Virus record (IMG/VR): IMGVR_UViG_3300023110_001943
Span: 32,001-96,000 of that record
From: a virus
DNA: 64,000 nt
Strand: one strand, 5' to 3'
Numbering within the stretch: the stretch's first letter is position 1; each line of letters begins with the position of its first letter. Shown here piece after piece: positions 18,281-28,100 of this stretch. The notes beneath the pieces are model-generated. The model ran no database searches. It saw only the letters and a program-made list of their open reading frames with translations, and was not told where the DNA came from. The position numbers and the translations under genes were made by a program.

Positions 18281-18942
18281 TGGCAGAGAACATTTCAAAA
18301 ACCCCACCAAGGGGTAAAATCAAATTTGATATCACATTATCAGAAGAACAAAAACATGCTAAAACGGCAATCTTATATCATCCATATAATTTTGTTTTGG
18401 GTAAAGCTGGTAGTGGTAAAACACTCCTAGCGGTACAGATTGCATTAGATATGTTTTTTACAAGACAAATAAATAAAATCATTATAACAAGACCAACAGT
18501 ATCAAATGAAGATAATGGATATCTACCAGGTTCACTTACAGAAAAGATGGAGCCTTGGTTAGTTCCAATTCGTTCTAACATGAGAAAGGTTTATAACAAA
18601 CCTGCTATATTACAAAAAATGGAATCGAATGAAGATATTGAATTAGTATCACTATCACATTTTAGAGGAAGAACATTTGATAATTCGGCGGTAATTGTAG
18701 ATGAGTTTCAAAACTTAACTAAACAACAACTTGGAATGGTGTTAGGTAGATTGGGTAAAGGTTCTACAATGATGTTATGTGGAGACCCACAGCAGATTGA
18801 TTTAAAGTTTGGTAATGATTCTGCAATACATGAAGTTCCTAAATTAAAAGGTTCTCAATATGTTTATTCTGTTAATCTTTTAGATAATCACAGACACGAA
18901 GCATTAGATGAGTTATTAAACTTATTACAACAATATGCCTAA
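18280..18942 (+). CDS. phoH: PhoH-family ATPase
   Basis: GKAGSGKT, GYLPG, RGRTF, DEFQN, GDPQQ. Confidence 0.95.
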   Translation: MAENISKTPPRGKIKFDITLSEEQKHAKTAILYHPYNFVLGKAGSGKTLLAVQIALDMFFTRQINKIIITRPTVSNEDNGYLPGSLTEKMEPWLVPIRSNMRKVYNKPAILQKMESNEDIELVSLSHFRGRTFDNSAVIVDEFQNLTKQQLGMVLGRLGKGSTMMLCGDPQQIDLKFGNDSAIHEVPKLKGSQYVYSVNLLDNHRHEALDELLNLLQQYA

Positions 18943-19558
18943 ACCAAGATTATTTATATGTGGTGATTCTTTTGTGGATTGGGATATTCCTACATACCAT
19001 TGGACTGATTATTTAAAAGAACACTATGATGTAATTATACTTGGAGAACGAGGTTCTGATAACATATCAATAATATTTCAGCTAGGAAACTTACCACAAT
19101 ATAAAGATGGTGATAGGATAATAATATATTGGTCAGACCCATCACGAATACAAAAACTTTATTGGGGAAAACATAAACCAAAAAGAAAAGGTAGATGGTG
19201 GGATTACTCTCATCTATTTGAAAAGGATAGAATACCTACTTTAGAAAAAATGAAAGTAGATAGAACTATTGGTTGGGAAACCGATGGTTTAGGTAATGAA
19301 GTGAAATTTATAAAAAAATTAAAAGATTTATTATCTCAATATAAACCAATATACGTTACCTGGAATTCTTTTTTTCATGAACATACAAAAGAGGTTACTG
19401 AATTAATTCAAGTTTCTTCTTTACAAGATGAGGTTGGTAATGGTGAAACTGTGGGAGATTGGCATCCTGGAGAAAAAGGTTGTTATGATATTTATAAAAT
19501 ACTTTTAAATAAGTTAGGTGATGAAGTGCCATTACCATTTAAAAATAATTTGTTATGA
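18935..19558 (+). CDS. SGNH/GDSL-hydrolase-like protein
   Basis: GDSF, GSDN, DWHP. Confidence 0.7.
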   Translation: MPKPRLFICGDSFVDWDIPTYHWTDYLKEHYDVIILGERGSDNISIIFQLGNLPQYKDGDRIIIYWSDPSRIQKLYWGKHKPKRKGRWWDYSHLFEKDRIPTLEKMKVDRTIGWETDGLGNEVKFIKKLKDLLSQYKPIYVTWNSFFHEHTKEVTELIQVSSLQDEVGNGETVGDWHPGEKGCYDIYKILLNKLGDEVPLPFKNNLL

Positions 19559-20175
19559 AAAGGTGTTGGTTCTTCGGTGATTCTTTTACTCGTGGTGATA
19601 TGTGTTATGAGGGTGATACTTACTACAATATGACATATCATGTAGGATGTAAAAGATGGACTGAAATTGTATCTGATTATTTAAATATGAAAGAAGAGAA
19701 TTGGGCTTGGGGAGGTAACTCCAATTTACATATACTATATGATTTGATTAGAAATGTAAATATCTTTGAAAAAAATGAGTGGGTAATTGTAGGAGATACG
19801 CGGCCAAATAGATTAATATCATTTAAAGAAAATGGTGATATACGAAATCAAATTAATGACCCACACTTTGGTTATAAAAAAGGAGATAAAGTAGTACTTG
19901 ATTATATACTTGAAGAAATTATTCCTAATGAAAAATATTATCAAGATTATTATGAAACTATGTTTTTAGAAATATTAAAATCTTTAGAAAAACGAGGGGT
20001 TAATACTTTATTTTGGAAACATACAGATTTTTGGTATCCCAACCCTAAATTAGAAAGTATTCAACAACATACTAATTATAAAATAAAAGATTTACATTAT
20101 TCTTGGAATGCTCATGCTAAAAAGGCTGAAATTATAATTTCAAAAATTAATAAAGAGGAAAAACAAATTTTATGA
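19555..20175 (+). CDS. SGNH/GDSL-hydrolase-like protein
   Basis: GDSFT, GGNSN, DLHYS. Confidence 0.7.
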   Translation: MKRCWFFGDSFTRGDMCYEGDTYYNMTYHVGCKRWTEIVSDYLNMKEENWAWGGNSNLHILYDLIRNVNIFEKNEWVIVGDTRPNRLISFKENGDIRNQINDPHFGYKKGDKVVLDYILEEIIPNEKYYQDYYETMFLEILKSLEKRGVNTLFWKHTDFWYPNPKLESIQQHTNYKIKDLHYSWNAHAKKAEIIISKINKEEKQIL

Positions 20176-20645
20176 AATTTTTAAAAATACTTTCAGAGAA
20201 ACGTTGTATAGAATATGTTAAGTATTTTGATAATTACAACTACGATGATGTACAGGTAACTGGCTCAAAAATTATTAGAAACTATCCTTTAGTTATGGAG
20301 TTATGTAAAGAATTAAAACCAATTATAGAAAAAAATATTACTTTTGATTTAGAACCAATACAAGGATGGATACGAAAGTATGTGAAGGGTAATATACTAC
20401 ATAGACATTGGGATGGTAAGGCAGATTGTGCTTTTAGTATTATGTTAAAACAATCCGATGAAAAAGAAAATCCATTACTTATATATTATGAAGATGTACC
20501 TGAAAGTATAATATTAGATGTTGGTGATGGTTATTTTTTTGAAGGAGGTACGATAGAACATGAACGACCAACCATACAATCGGATTATTTATATGGAATG
20601 TATCTTGGGTATCGAAAAATAAAAAGAGAAACAAAATTATTATGA
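20172..20645 (+). CDS. 2OG-Fe(II) oxygenase-like protein
   Basis: RKYVKGNILHRHWD...GDGYFFEG...HER. Confidence 0.7.
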   Translation: MKFLKILSEKRCIEYVKYFDNYNYDDVQVTGSKIIRNYPLVMELCKELKPIIEKNITFDLEPIQGWIRKYVKGNILHRHWDGKADCAFSIMLKQSDEKENPLLIYYEDVPESIILDVGDGYFFEGGTIEHERPTIQSDYLYGMYLGYRKIKRETKLL

Positions 20646-21667
20646 AAAATGATTTTATATGTAGTACTCCATTTAAGTATTCAGAAATAACTAACGATGG
20701 TCAGTTTTTATGTTGTCCTGGATGGTTGCCTGTAAATGTAAAAGATTCCGATAACTTTAAACAAAACTTTTATAATAAAAAATCTAAAGAAATCAGAGAA
20801 TCAATATTGGATGGTTCTTATAAATTTTGTAAAGAAAATCTTTGTCCCCATCTATCTTCATTTAACAAAGGAAATCTGCCATCTGCCTTTAAACCAAAAA
20901 CAAATCCTATATTTAAAAACCCAAAACTAAATTGGTTAACATTTGGATTTGATTTATCGTGTAATCTTGGATGTCCATCTTGTAGAAGTGAATTTATAAA
21001 CTTTGTAGGAGAACAAAGAATACAAATGGATAAGATAATGGATAATATAATAGAACAACTTGGTTCTGAATTAACAGGTCTTTCTATTTGTGGTGGAGCA
21101 GAACCTTTCTTTTCTAAAACAATGATGAGGTTTATGAGGGAGTTTGATGCAAGTAAGTTTCCTAAACTTAAAAAAATTCACCTACATACAAATGGTACTT
21201 TGTGGAATAAAAATTCATGGAAGGCAATAACACCAATTCATAAATACATCAGTACTTGTGAGATATCAATGGATGCTGGTACGAAAGAAGTTTACAATAT
21301 TGTTAGGTTAGGTGGTGATTGGGATAAGTTAATGAACAATATAGATTTTATTTTAACAATACCTACTATTAAATCAATTAGATTTTCTTTTGTAGTTCAA
21401 CAAAGAAACTATAAAGATATGGAAAACTTTTATAAACTTATTCATTTTAAGATGAAAGATAGTGATAAAACTTTTGAAATATTTTTTAATCCTATTGTAG
21501 AATGGGGAGAATTTGAACAACAAAATAATTTTAAAGAGCAAGAAATCCACAACCCATCTCATTCAGAATATTCTCAGTTCATAGAAGAATTAATGAAGGT
21601 ACATAGAAAACCAAATGTATCACATTCATTTCATGATAAAATTACTACAAAAAAAGTTTTAATTTAA
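20642..21667 (+). CDS. Radical SAM protein with N-terminal SPASM/twitch-like domain
   Basis: CNLGCPSC, GGAEPF, HTNG, ISMD; N-terminal C...CC...C cluster. Confidence 0.85.
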   Translation: MKNDFICSTPFKYSEITNDGQFLCCPGWLPVNVKDSDNFKQNFYNKKSKEIRESILDGSYKFCKENLCPHLSSFNKGNLPSAFKPKTNPIFKNPKLNWLTFGFDLSCNLGCPSCRSEFINFVGEQRIQMDKIMDNIIEQLGSELTGLSICGGAEPFFSKTMMRFMREFDASKFPKLKKIHLHTNGTLWNKNSWKAITPIHKYISTCEISMDAGTKEVYNIVRLGGDWDKLMNNIDFILTIPTIKSIRFSFVVQQRNYKDMENFYKLIHFKMKDSDKTFEIFFNPIVEWGEFEQQNNFKEQEIHNPSHSEYSQFIEELMKVHRKPNVSHSFHDKITTKKVLI

Positions 21668-21688
21668 TTAAAAATAATTCACTTTTTG

Positions 21689-21720
21689 CTTGGATATTTC
21701 ATATTTTTTTCGTATATTTA
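21689..21720 (+). promoter_or_regulatory. Bacteroidetes-type early promoter
   Basis: CTTG-N20-TATATTTA; downstream leader nearly identical to the one at 8071. Confidence 0.8.
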
Positions 21721-21742
21721 CTATGTAAATGAGTGATAAGAT

Positions 21743-21883
21743 ATGAAAGTAAAAGATTTAAAAAAGTTATTAGAGAATATGAATGGGGATTTACCTGTTG
21801 TATTCAAAGTAGATGGTTTCAATTTTAGAGAAGTTGAGACTGGTAAGATTAGTTACATTAGAAGAAAAGTAATTTTAGAATAA
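21743..21883 (+). CDS. Small early protein (46 aa)
   Basis: Read manually: MKVKDLKKLL... Confidence 0.6.
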   Translation: MKVKDLKKLLENMNGDLPVVFKVDGFNFREVETGKISYIRRKVILE

Positions 21884-21902
21884 TAATAAACCTTAAAACA
21901 AT

Positions 21903-22121
21903 ATGAAAACACTTTTAGAAAGATTGAAGCCTAAGATTGTTAAAAATTTATACAATCAAGAAAAAGATTATCCAATTACAGTTGGAGACTTACTAAAAAA
22001 GTTAAACGAGAGTGTTGCAGTTACTGAATTAACATTGGGTGAACTCAATAACTTATCGAGTTTTTCACCGAATCCAACAATTAAGATTCTCGATTTATAT
22101 AATATGTTTGAAAACTTATAA
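21903..22121 (+). CDS. Hypothetical protein
   Basis: ORF track. Confidence 0.6.
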   Translation: MKTLLERLKPKIVKNLYNQEKDYPITVGDLLKKLNESVAVTELTLGELNNLSSFSPNPTIKILDLYNMFENL

Positions 22122-22139
22122 AACCTTAAATTTAAAATT

Positions 22140-22316
22140 ATGATAAAAACAATTAAATCCAAATTATTAACTTACCTTTTCAAAGATTGGGTAATGAATG
22201 AAACAGATTTAGAAACCCTTAAAGTATCTAAGAACTTTATTAAAAAAAGAGAAATAGAAATTACAGGTCATGTACCAGTTTTAGGATTTAGGTCTCACCT
22301 TCAACAAGAAGATTAG
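22140..22316 (+). CDS. Small hypothetical protein (58 aa)
   Basis: Read manually. Confidence 0.55.
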   Translation: MIKTIKSKLLTYLFKDWVMNETDLETLKVSKNFIKKREIEITGHVPVLGFRSHLQQED

Positions 22317-22317
22317 T

Positions 22318-23556
22318 ATGAAAAAAATATTTTTATTAATATCTTTGCTATTAATTGGATGTAGTAAAGAAGAGTTGATTTTTTCAAATTCTGCTGGTAT
22401 TGATATTGATGATGTAGAAGTTGAACCACCACAAGCTCCACCGCCGTTTGAAATATATGGAACATCTTTTGAAACCCATGAATATAATAATGGATATTAT
22501 AGTTTACATACAACTAAACTACCAGATGACCCATGGCTTATTGTTGGCATAACATATGTTGATTTTAATAAAGATGGTTATGTTGATATAGTTGGTAAAG
22601 ATGAATATAACCCATCTGTTTTAAAATTATACACAAATCAAGGGGATGGCACCTACGAGGTATCTATACTTCCCTCTGAAAATGGATTTCCTTTTGATGA
22701 AGTAGGACCTCGAAAGGTAATATCAGCAGATGTTAACAATGATGGTGAATTAGATATTATAGTTGGGTTAGCACCAGATGATTTTGAAAACCCAAGAGGA
22801 TTGTATATTTTTGAAAATAAAGGGAATGGTGAAAGTTTTTATGGCCATACTATAATAAGTGGAGAACATGATTGGATTCATGCTGTATCTGCGGGTGATA
22901 TAAATAACGATGGTTTTATTGATATCTTTATGGGTGGCCTGAATTATGTATTTCTTGGAAATGGAGATTTCACTTTTACTAAAAAAGATTTACCAAACTA
23001 TATCAATAATGCGGTTTCATGTGAACTTGTTGATATAAATCAAGATGGTTTACTTGATGTACTACTTGGTTCACATAAACCAAGTTATGACCCATCAGCA
23101 GTTTGGGGTAAGTTTGGAAATTCACATTCAATACATTACGGTACAGGTGATGATAATCTTTTCTCTGAGGAATATGTTTTACAATCTAATTATGATGGTA
23201 CTAACATTACACTTGATTTTACTGTTATTGATTTTGATAATGATGGTGATTTGGATTTATTTGCTAATAGTAATTTTGATTATGGCAGTAAGTATGTTAT
23301 TCAATATTATGAAAACAACGGCTACATGAATTTTATTAATAAATCTTATGATGTATTTGAAAACGAATGTAACTTAGTTCCCAATCATAATGATATTGAT
23401 TGGATTAAATTTATTGATATGGATGATGATGGTATTAAAGAACTTATGGTAGAGGCTGCTAATTGGGATAAAACAGGTGGAGAATATTTAGAACCAAATT
23501 TTAATGGTTTTCAATTAAATGAAAATGGTAAATTTATTAGAAAAATGTTTAAATAA
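22318..23556 (+). CDS. FG-GAP/VCBS-repeat lipoprotein
   Basis: Lipobox LLIGC followed by SKEE; six DxNxDGxxD-type repeats. Confidence 0.85.
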   Translation: MKKIFLLISLLLIGCSKEELIFSNSAGIDIDDVEVEPPQAPPPFEIYGTSFETHEYNNGYYSLHTTKLPDDPWLIVGITYVDFNKDGYVDIVGKDEYNPSVLKLYTNQGDGTYEVSILPSENGFPFDEVGPRKVISADVNNDGELDIIVGLAPDDFENPRGLYIFENKGNGESFYGHTIISGEHDWIHAVSAGDINNDGFIDIFMGGLNYVFLGNGDFTFTKKDLPNYINNAVSCELVDINQDGLLDVLLGSHKPSYDPSAVWGKFGNSHSIHYGTGDDNLFSEEYVLQSNYDGTNITLDFTVIDFDNDGDLDLFANSNFDYGSKYVIQYYENNGYMNFINKSYDVFENECNLVPNHNDIDWIKFIDMDDDGIKELMVEAANWDKTGGEYLEPNFNGFQLNENGKFIRKMFK

Positions 23557-23557
23557 A

Positions 23558-23589
23558 TTAGGATATATGAAAAAAATTTCGTATATTTA
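23558..23589 (+). promoter_or_regulatory. Bacteroidetes-type early promoter
   Basis: TTAG-N20-TATATTTA. Confidence 0.7.
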
Positions 23590-23606
23590 CATTGTAAATA
23601 AGTGAT

Positions 23607-24095
23607 ATGACAGATAAGAAAAAGATAGTTTACATCGATATGGATGGAGTCTTAGTTGACTTCGGTAAAGCAATTGATGATTGGTTTCAAAACCATCCAC
23701 ACTTAGAAGATAGATACAAAACATTTCCAGACCACATACAAGGTTTATTCAGAATAGCTCCACCAATAAAAGGAGCTATCGAAGCTGTTAAGAAACTACA
23801 TGAAAGTGGTAAGTATGAATTGTTCATTGCTACTTCTGCTCCTTGGGGTAATCCACAATCAAATACTGATAAAAGATTTTGGATAGAAGATTACTTCGGT
23901 GATATCTTTCACAAAAGAATGTTTATTACTCACAGAAAAGATTTACTGATGGGTGATTACTTAATCGATGATAGATTGAAGAATGGTGCTGGGGATTTCA
24001 AAGGTAAACTATTGAGATTTGGATACGATTGGGAAAACGATAACAAACCAAATGAGTTTCCTACTTGGGATAGTATTTTAGATTATTTATTATGA
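23607..24095 (+). CDS. 5'(3')-deoxyribonucleotidase (NT5C, HAD family)
   Basis: DMDGV, K...W, LIDDR. Confidence 0.9.
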   Translation: MTDKKKIVYIDMDGVLVDFGKAIDDWFQNHPHLEDRYKTFPDHIQGLFRIAPPIKGAIEAVKKLHESGKYELFIATSAPWGNPQSNTDKRFWIEDYFGDIFHKRMFITHRKDLLMGDYLIDDRLKNGAGDFKGKLLRFGYDWENDNKPNEFPTWDSILDYLL

Positions 24096-24532
24096 TGAAC
24101 AAATTATTTGATTATTTAGTTGTTATATTTTTGGTATTGGTAATGATAATGGCTGCCTCATGTACCACTCCAACTGAAGATGATGAATTTTTTGGTATAC
24201 CTGAAATGGAACTTGATGGTAGATTACCAATAGATACAAATGGTTATTATCATTTGGAACTAAATTCTTCAACAAATCAAACAATACATACAATTGGTGG
24301 TAAAGTAACCAACACATATGAACCAAGTAAAGTAACATGGGGAAGTAATTTGTTTTGGGAATTTAATGGAGAACTCGTACCCACGATAAATGGTTCTTCT
24401 TATGTTCAAGATAATGGAGATATTAATACTGTTATTGCACCCATCTTTAGTATGAGAAATGATACATTAGTAGTTCAAGCAGAACTTAATGAATGGAATA
24501 TCATACAAACAATTAAGATTGTATTAGATTAA
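24092..24532 (+). CDS. Putative lipoprotein
   Basis: Hydrophobic signal ending AASC, followed by an acidic tract. Confidence 0.65.
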   Translation: MMNKLFDYLVVIFLVLVMIMAASCTTPTEDDEFFGIPEMELDGRLPIDTNGYYHLELNSSTNQTIHTIGGKVTNTYEPSKVTWGSNLFWEFNGELVPTINGSSYVQDNGDINTVIAPIFSMRNDTLVVQAELNEWNIIQTIKIVLD

Positions 24533-25668
24533 TGAATTTTGAAATTTGGTATCATCCTTACCTTGGTAAGCAACACCTTCATACTATTATAGAAGAATAC
24601 ACAGACCTTGAAATAAAAGAGTTTGGTAAAGACCTTATTGATACTTCTAAAATAAATTTAATTCCTTTTTATTGGGAAAATAAATTGGTAGATAGTAGAA
24701 GAATTATAAATACCAAAGAATTCTCAGATATTTTAATTGAGTTAGATAAAAATGATTTTTATTTAATTGGTGATTTTAGTGGAGAAGCTACTGAAAATTA
24801 TTCTGATGAACTATGGGATAACAATTTAAATATTATTTTTAGTAAATGTAAAAAGAATAGATTCTTAATAATACAAAATAATTTTGATATTGGTGAAGTA
24901 AAGGAAATATATTATGGCAGTTATAAAGTAAAAACAATACATCTACCATATTTTATTTTATCTACTCCTATTTTCATGAATGATTATATATCAGATTTAT
25001 CTCAGTATGAAAATTTAGAAAAGAAAAAAGATTTTATTTGTTTAAATCGAAGAGTAAAACGGCATAAGTTTTTATTTTTAAGAGAATTATATAATAGAAA
25101 TCTAATTGATAAAACATATTGGACATATGTTTCTAATTATGTAGATAAGAGTACATTTAACGAAGGCTCTTTTACAAATGATATGGGAATCTCATTTGAG
25201 GATTTCAAACCAATACAACTAACAGGAGATGTTTATTATGGACAAGAGCTTGATTATAAAGATGAATATCTTTACACTATAAATCCAAAATGGTATTTTG
25301 AATCAAAGGTGAATTTAGTAGTTGAAACATATAATCACAATCCATGTCATATTACAGAAAAAGTTCTAAAGCCTATTTATCTTGGAGTTCCTTTTGTTGT
25401 TTATTCATCAAAAAACTATTTAGATAAATTAAAAGAATTTGGATTTAAAGATTATACATCTATTATAGGAAATTATAATCCAAATAATATCGATTCAGTA
25501 ATTGATGCATCTATTATATTAAAAGATGTTTATAATAAAAAAGAAATTATTGATATTATAAATTATAATAAAAATCTTATTAGAAATAAATCACATTTGA
25601 TTAATATTTTAAATAATACTTTTTTTACACAACTAAAAAAAGTTACACAACCTAATAATCTTATATAA
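24532..25668 (+). CDS. Glycosyltransferase-like protein
   Basis: FICLNRR...H, LVVET...ITEKVLKPI...PFVV...LKEFGF. Confidence 0.6.
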   Translation: MNFEIWYHPYLGKQHLHTIIEEYTDLEIKEFGKDLIDTSKINLIPFYWENKLVDSRRIINTKEFSDILIELDKNDFYLIGDFSGEATENYSDELWDNNLNIIFSKCKKNRFLIIQNNFDIGEVKEIYYGSYKVKTIHLPYFILSTPIFMNDYISDLSQYENLEKKKDFICLNRRVKRHKFLFLRELYNRNLIDKTYWTYVSNYVDKSTFNEGSFTNDMGISFEDFKPIQLTGDVYYGQELDYKDEYLYTINPKWYFESKVNLVVETYNHNPCHITEKVLKPIYLGVPFVVYSSKNYLDKLKEFGFKDYTSIIGNYNPNNIDSVIDASIILKDVYNKKEIIDIINYNKNLIRNKSHLINILNNTFFTQLKKVTQPNNLI

Positions 25669-25997
25669 TGGCAAAAGAGTTTGTAGAATTTCCTTTTATA
25701 CCAATAACAGAAGAAACTTTTAAAAGACAAGGATGGGAACGAGTTACTGAAACCGAAGAGGATTCACAAGAATCAGAAACTTTTTCATATTATATCCTTC
25801 CTTTACCAAAAGATAATCCTGATGAAAATTGTCCTGTATTAATATCATCAGCTGATGATGAATGGAAAGAACTTGATATTAAAAAGGGGGAATACTTTGT
25901 TGAGATTGCGGATTTCTTTGGATTAGGATTGTGTTCTACTGAAGAAGAGTTAGAAATATTATATCGTTCATTAACAAAACAAGAAATAGAAAAATGA
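25668..25997 (+). CDS. Acidic hypothetical protein
   Basis: ORF track. Confidence 0.65.
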   Translation: MAKEFVEFPFIPITEETFKRQGWERVTETEEDSQESETFSYYILPLPKDNPDENCPVLISSADDEWKELDIKKGEYFVEIADFFGLGLCSTEEELEILYRSLTKQEIEK

Positions 25998-26077
25998 CAT
26001 AATGTCATACTATACCCTTACAAAACTGACAAATTGTCATATACTTTTTACAAAAACATAATTGGTACAAATTTGGT
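25994..26077 (+). promoter_or_regulatory. Two TGACA-N3-TGTCA palindromes plus a sigma54-like -24/-12 element upstream of hsp20
   Basis: TGACATAATGTCA (25995), TGACAAATTGTCA (26027), TGGTACAAATTTGG (26063). Confidence 0.6.
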
Positions 26078-26091
26078 AATATAAAAAGTAA

Positions 26092-26493
26092 ATGTTTAAT
26101 TTAAAAAAGGCAAAAACTATGATTTACACTATTAACAACAGATTATTTGATGATATCTTTACAGATTCATTTTTTAACACACCAGTAAAAACTAAATCTT
26201 ATTCATCGTTTGATGTGGAAGTTTTAGAAGATGGTAAACAAAAAGTTACAGTTAACACTATTGGACATAATCCAAAAAATATTTCAGTAGATGTAACCGA
26301 GGAAGAAATCACAATTAAATCTAAAAAAGAAGAAGGTGCTTCTCGTTTTGTAAAAGATATCGATTTAACTCTTACGGTTGGTAAGGATTATGATGGTACT
26401 AAAACAGAAGCTAAATTTGATAATGGGTTACTCACTCTCCTTATAGATAAGAAAATAAACAAGAAGGCTAAGACGTTAAAAATTTCTTACTAA
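26092..26493 (+). CDS. Small heat-shock protein (Hsp20/alpha-crystallin); start may be 26119
   Basis: ISVDV...ITIK...AKFDNGLLTL...LKI. Confidence 0.85.
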   Translation: MFNLKKAKTMIYTINNRLFDDIFTDSFFNTPVKTKSYSSFDVEVLEDGKQKVTVNTIGHNPKNISVDVTEEEITIKSKKEEGASRFVKDIDLTLTVGKDYDGTKTEAKFDNGLLTLLIDKKINKKAKTLKISY

Positions 26494-26512
26494 CACTCAT
26501 ATCAAAAAATAG

Positions 26513-26540
26513 AAAGAGGGGATGAAACTCCCCTTTTTTT
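26513..26540 (+). terminator. Intrinsic terminator
   Basis: AGGGGA-TGAAAC-TCCCCT followed by a T-run. Confidence 0.8.
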
Positions 26541-26581
26541 ATATTCTAATATTTATATTAGTACAACAAAATATATCATAT

Positions 26582-26761
26582 ATGAAAGAAATATATAAAG
26601 ATAGAGTTACGAACAACATCGAATCATGTATTACCAAAGCTAAAGTGGTAAAAGAAATGGTTACAGGTGAAAGGCCTGCAGATTCTAAAACTGCAGACAC
26701 TTATCTACAGCAAATGATTAGAGTACTTGAGGAAATCAAGGAGGTTGTAGAAAGAGGATGA
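26582..26761 (+). CDS. Small late protein
   Basis: Internal ATG downstream of the terminator and ATATTTATA motif. Confidence 0.6.
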   Translation: MKEIYKDRVTNNIESCITKAKVVKEMVTGERPADSKTADTYLQQMIRVLEEIKEVVERG

Positions 26762-26764
26762 TAA

Positions 26765-28036
26765 ATGAAATTCAGAACATTACTATTAGGACTATCAGCA
26801 TTATTCGTAGCATTTAATGCAGCATTCTTTTCGGTAAGTGGTTTATCAAAACTATTTGCTGGTGCTTCCTTTTCAGTAATGTTAATGGCAAGTTCACTTG
26901 AAGCTGCAAAACTTATTACCGCTGGTTATCTTTACAACTATTGGGAAAAGATAAACAAAGCATTTAGGTGGTATTTAGTATCAGGTGTTCTTATACTTGT
27001 ATTAATCACTTCACTTGGTATCTATGGATTCCTTACATCTGCGTTTCAAGATACCTTTAATCAATTCTCAGTAAATGAAAAAGAAAAAACATTCTTACAA
27101 CAAAAAGAAAAGTTCTACTCTGATGATGTTGCAAGATACGATGAAGAACTTCAAAGAATATCTAATAACATTAGTACTCTTTCCAATGCTAAATCACAAT
27201 CAATCCAAGTACGGGACACATCGGTTGTGGGGGGTGTTAGAACCACGATATCCACGGCTGAGTTACGTTTGGCACAAAGTAGAATCAATGTGGAAGAAGA
27301 AAATCGTAAAGGTGTTCAAGCGAAAAGAGAAGTAGCTGCTGATTCACTACAATCTATTCAGTTAAAGATTTTAGATTTAGATACAAACTTAGAAGGAGCA
27401 TCTGAATTAGGGCCACTGCAATACCTAAGTGGATTGACTGGATATGGAATGGATAAGATTATTAATTGGTTAATTCTAATTATCATCTTTGTGTTTGACC
27501 CACTTGCAGTTGCACTTGTAGTTGCATTTAACAACGCTTTAAAAGTGGATAAGGGTGAAGATGATAAAAAGAAAGTAGTTGAGAAAAGAGAACTTTATGG
27601 TGAAGAACCCGATGAAGAAAAATCTACTCTATGGGATGATACTTTACAAGATGGATTGGAAGATGAAGAGTGGGATGAATCACATGGATTAGACCAAGTA
27701 CTAAATGATATGGTTGAAGATTTAGATGAAAGTGATTTAGATTTAGATGGAGATGGTATTGTAACCGATGAAGAACGAGCAGCAGATACCGATGGTGATG
27801 GTATTATATCTGAAAAAGAATATGTAGAATGGTATGAAAATCAAGGTGGATGGAGGCAACCATATAAAGGAAGAGATTATTGGTTTCATCCAAACTTTGA
27901 TTGGGGTAAAAAAGAAAGATGGATAAATAATCAAAGAGCATCTCAACATTGGATTCAAAGTAGAGGGGGTTCTCAAACTAAGTTAAATCAGTTAAAAGAA
28001 CAATATCCAAACGATTTTACAAAAAAAACTTACTAA
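26765..28036 (+). CDS. Multi-TM coiled-coil membrane protein with DxDxDG Ca-binding loops
   Basis: 3 TM + coiled coil + TM (FDPLAV); DLDGDG and DTDGDG. Confidence 0.7.
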   Translation: MKFRTLLLGLSALFVAFNAAFFSVSGLSKLFAGASFSVMLMASSLEAAKLITAGYLYNYWEKINKAFRWYLVSGVLILVLITSLGIYGFLTSAFQDTFNQFSVNEKEKTFLQQKEKFYSDDVARYDEELQRISNNISTLSNAKSQSIQVRDTSVVGGVRTTISTAELRLAQSRINVEEENRKGVQAKREVAADSLQSIQLKILDLDTNLEGASELGPLQYLSGLTGYGMDKIINWLILIIIFVFDPLAVALVVAFNNALKVDKGEDDKKKVVEKRELYGEEPDEEKSTLWDDTLQDGLEDEEWDESHGLDQVLNDMVEDLDESDLDLDGDGIVTDEERAADTDGDGIISEKEYVEWYENQGGWRQPYKGRDYWFHPNFDWGKKERWINNQRASQHWIQSRGGSQTKLNQLKEQYPNDFTKKTY

Positions 28037-28071
28037 AGACTTGGATATATCAAAAAAATTTCGTATATTTA
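28036..28071 (+). promoter_or_regulatory. Bacteroidetes-type early promoter
   Basis: AAGACTTG-N20-TATATTTA. Confidence 0.8.
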
Positions 28072-28100
28072 CTTTGTAAATAAAACTTAAACGAAATATT

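Noticed and set aside
26522-26581. Track start for ORF 26522..26761
   Set aside because: The ATG lies inside the hsp20 terminator; the ATG at 26582 after the late motif is more plausible
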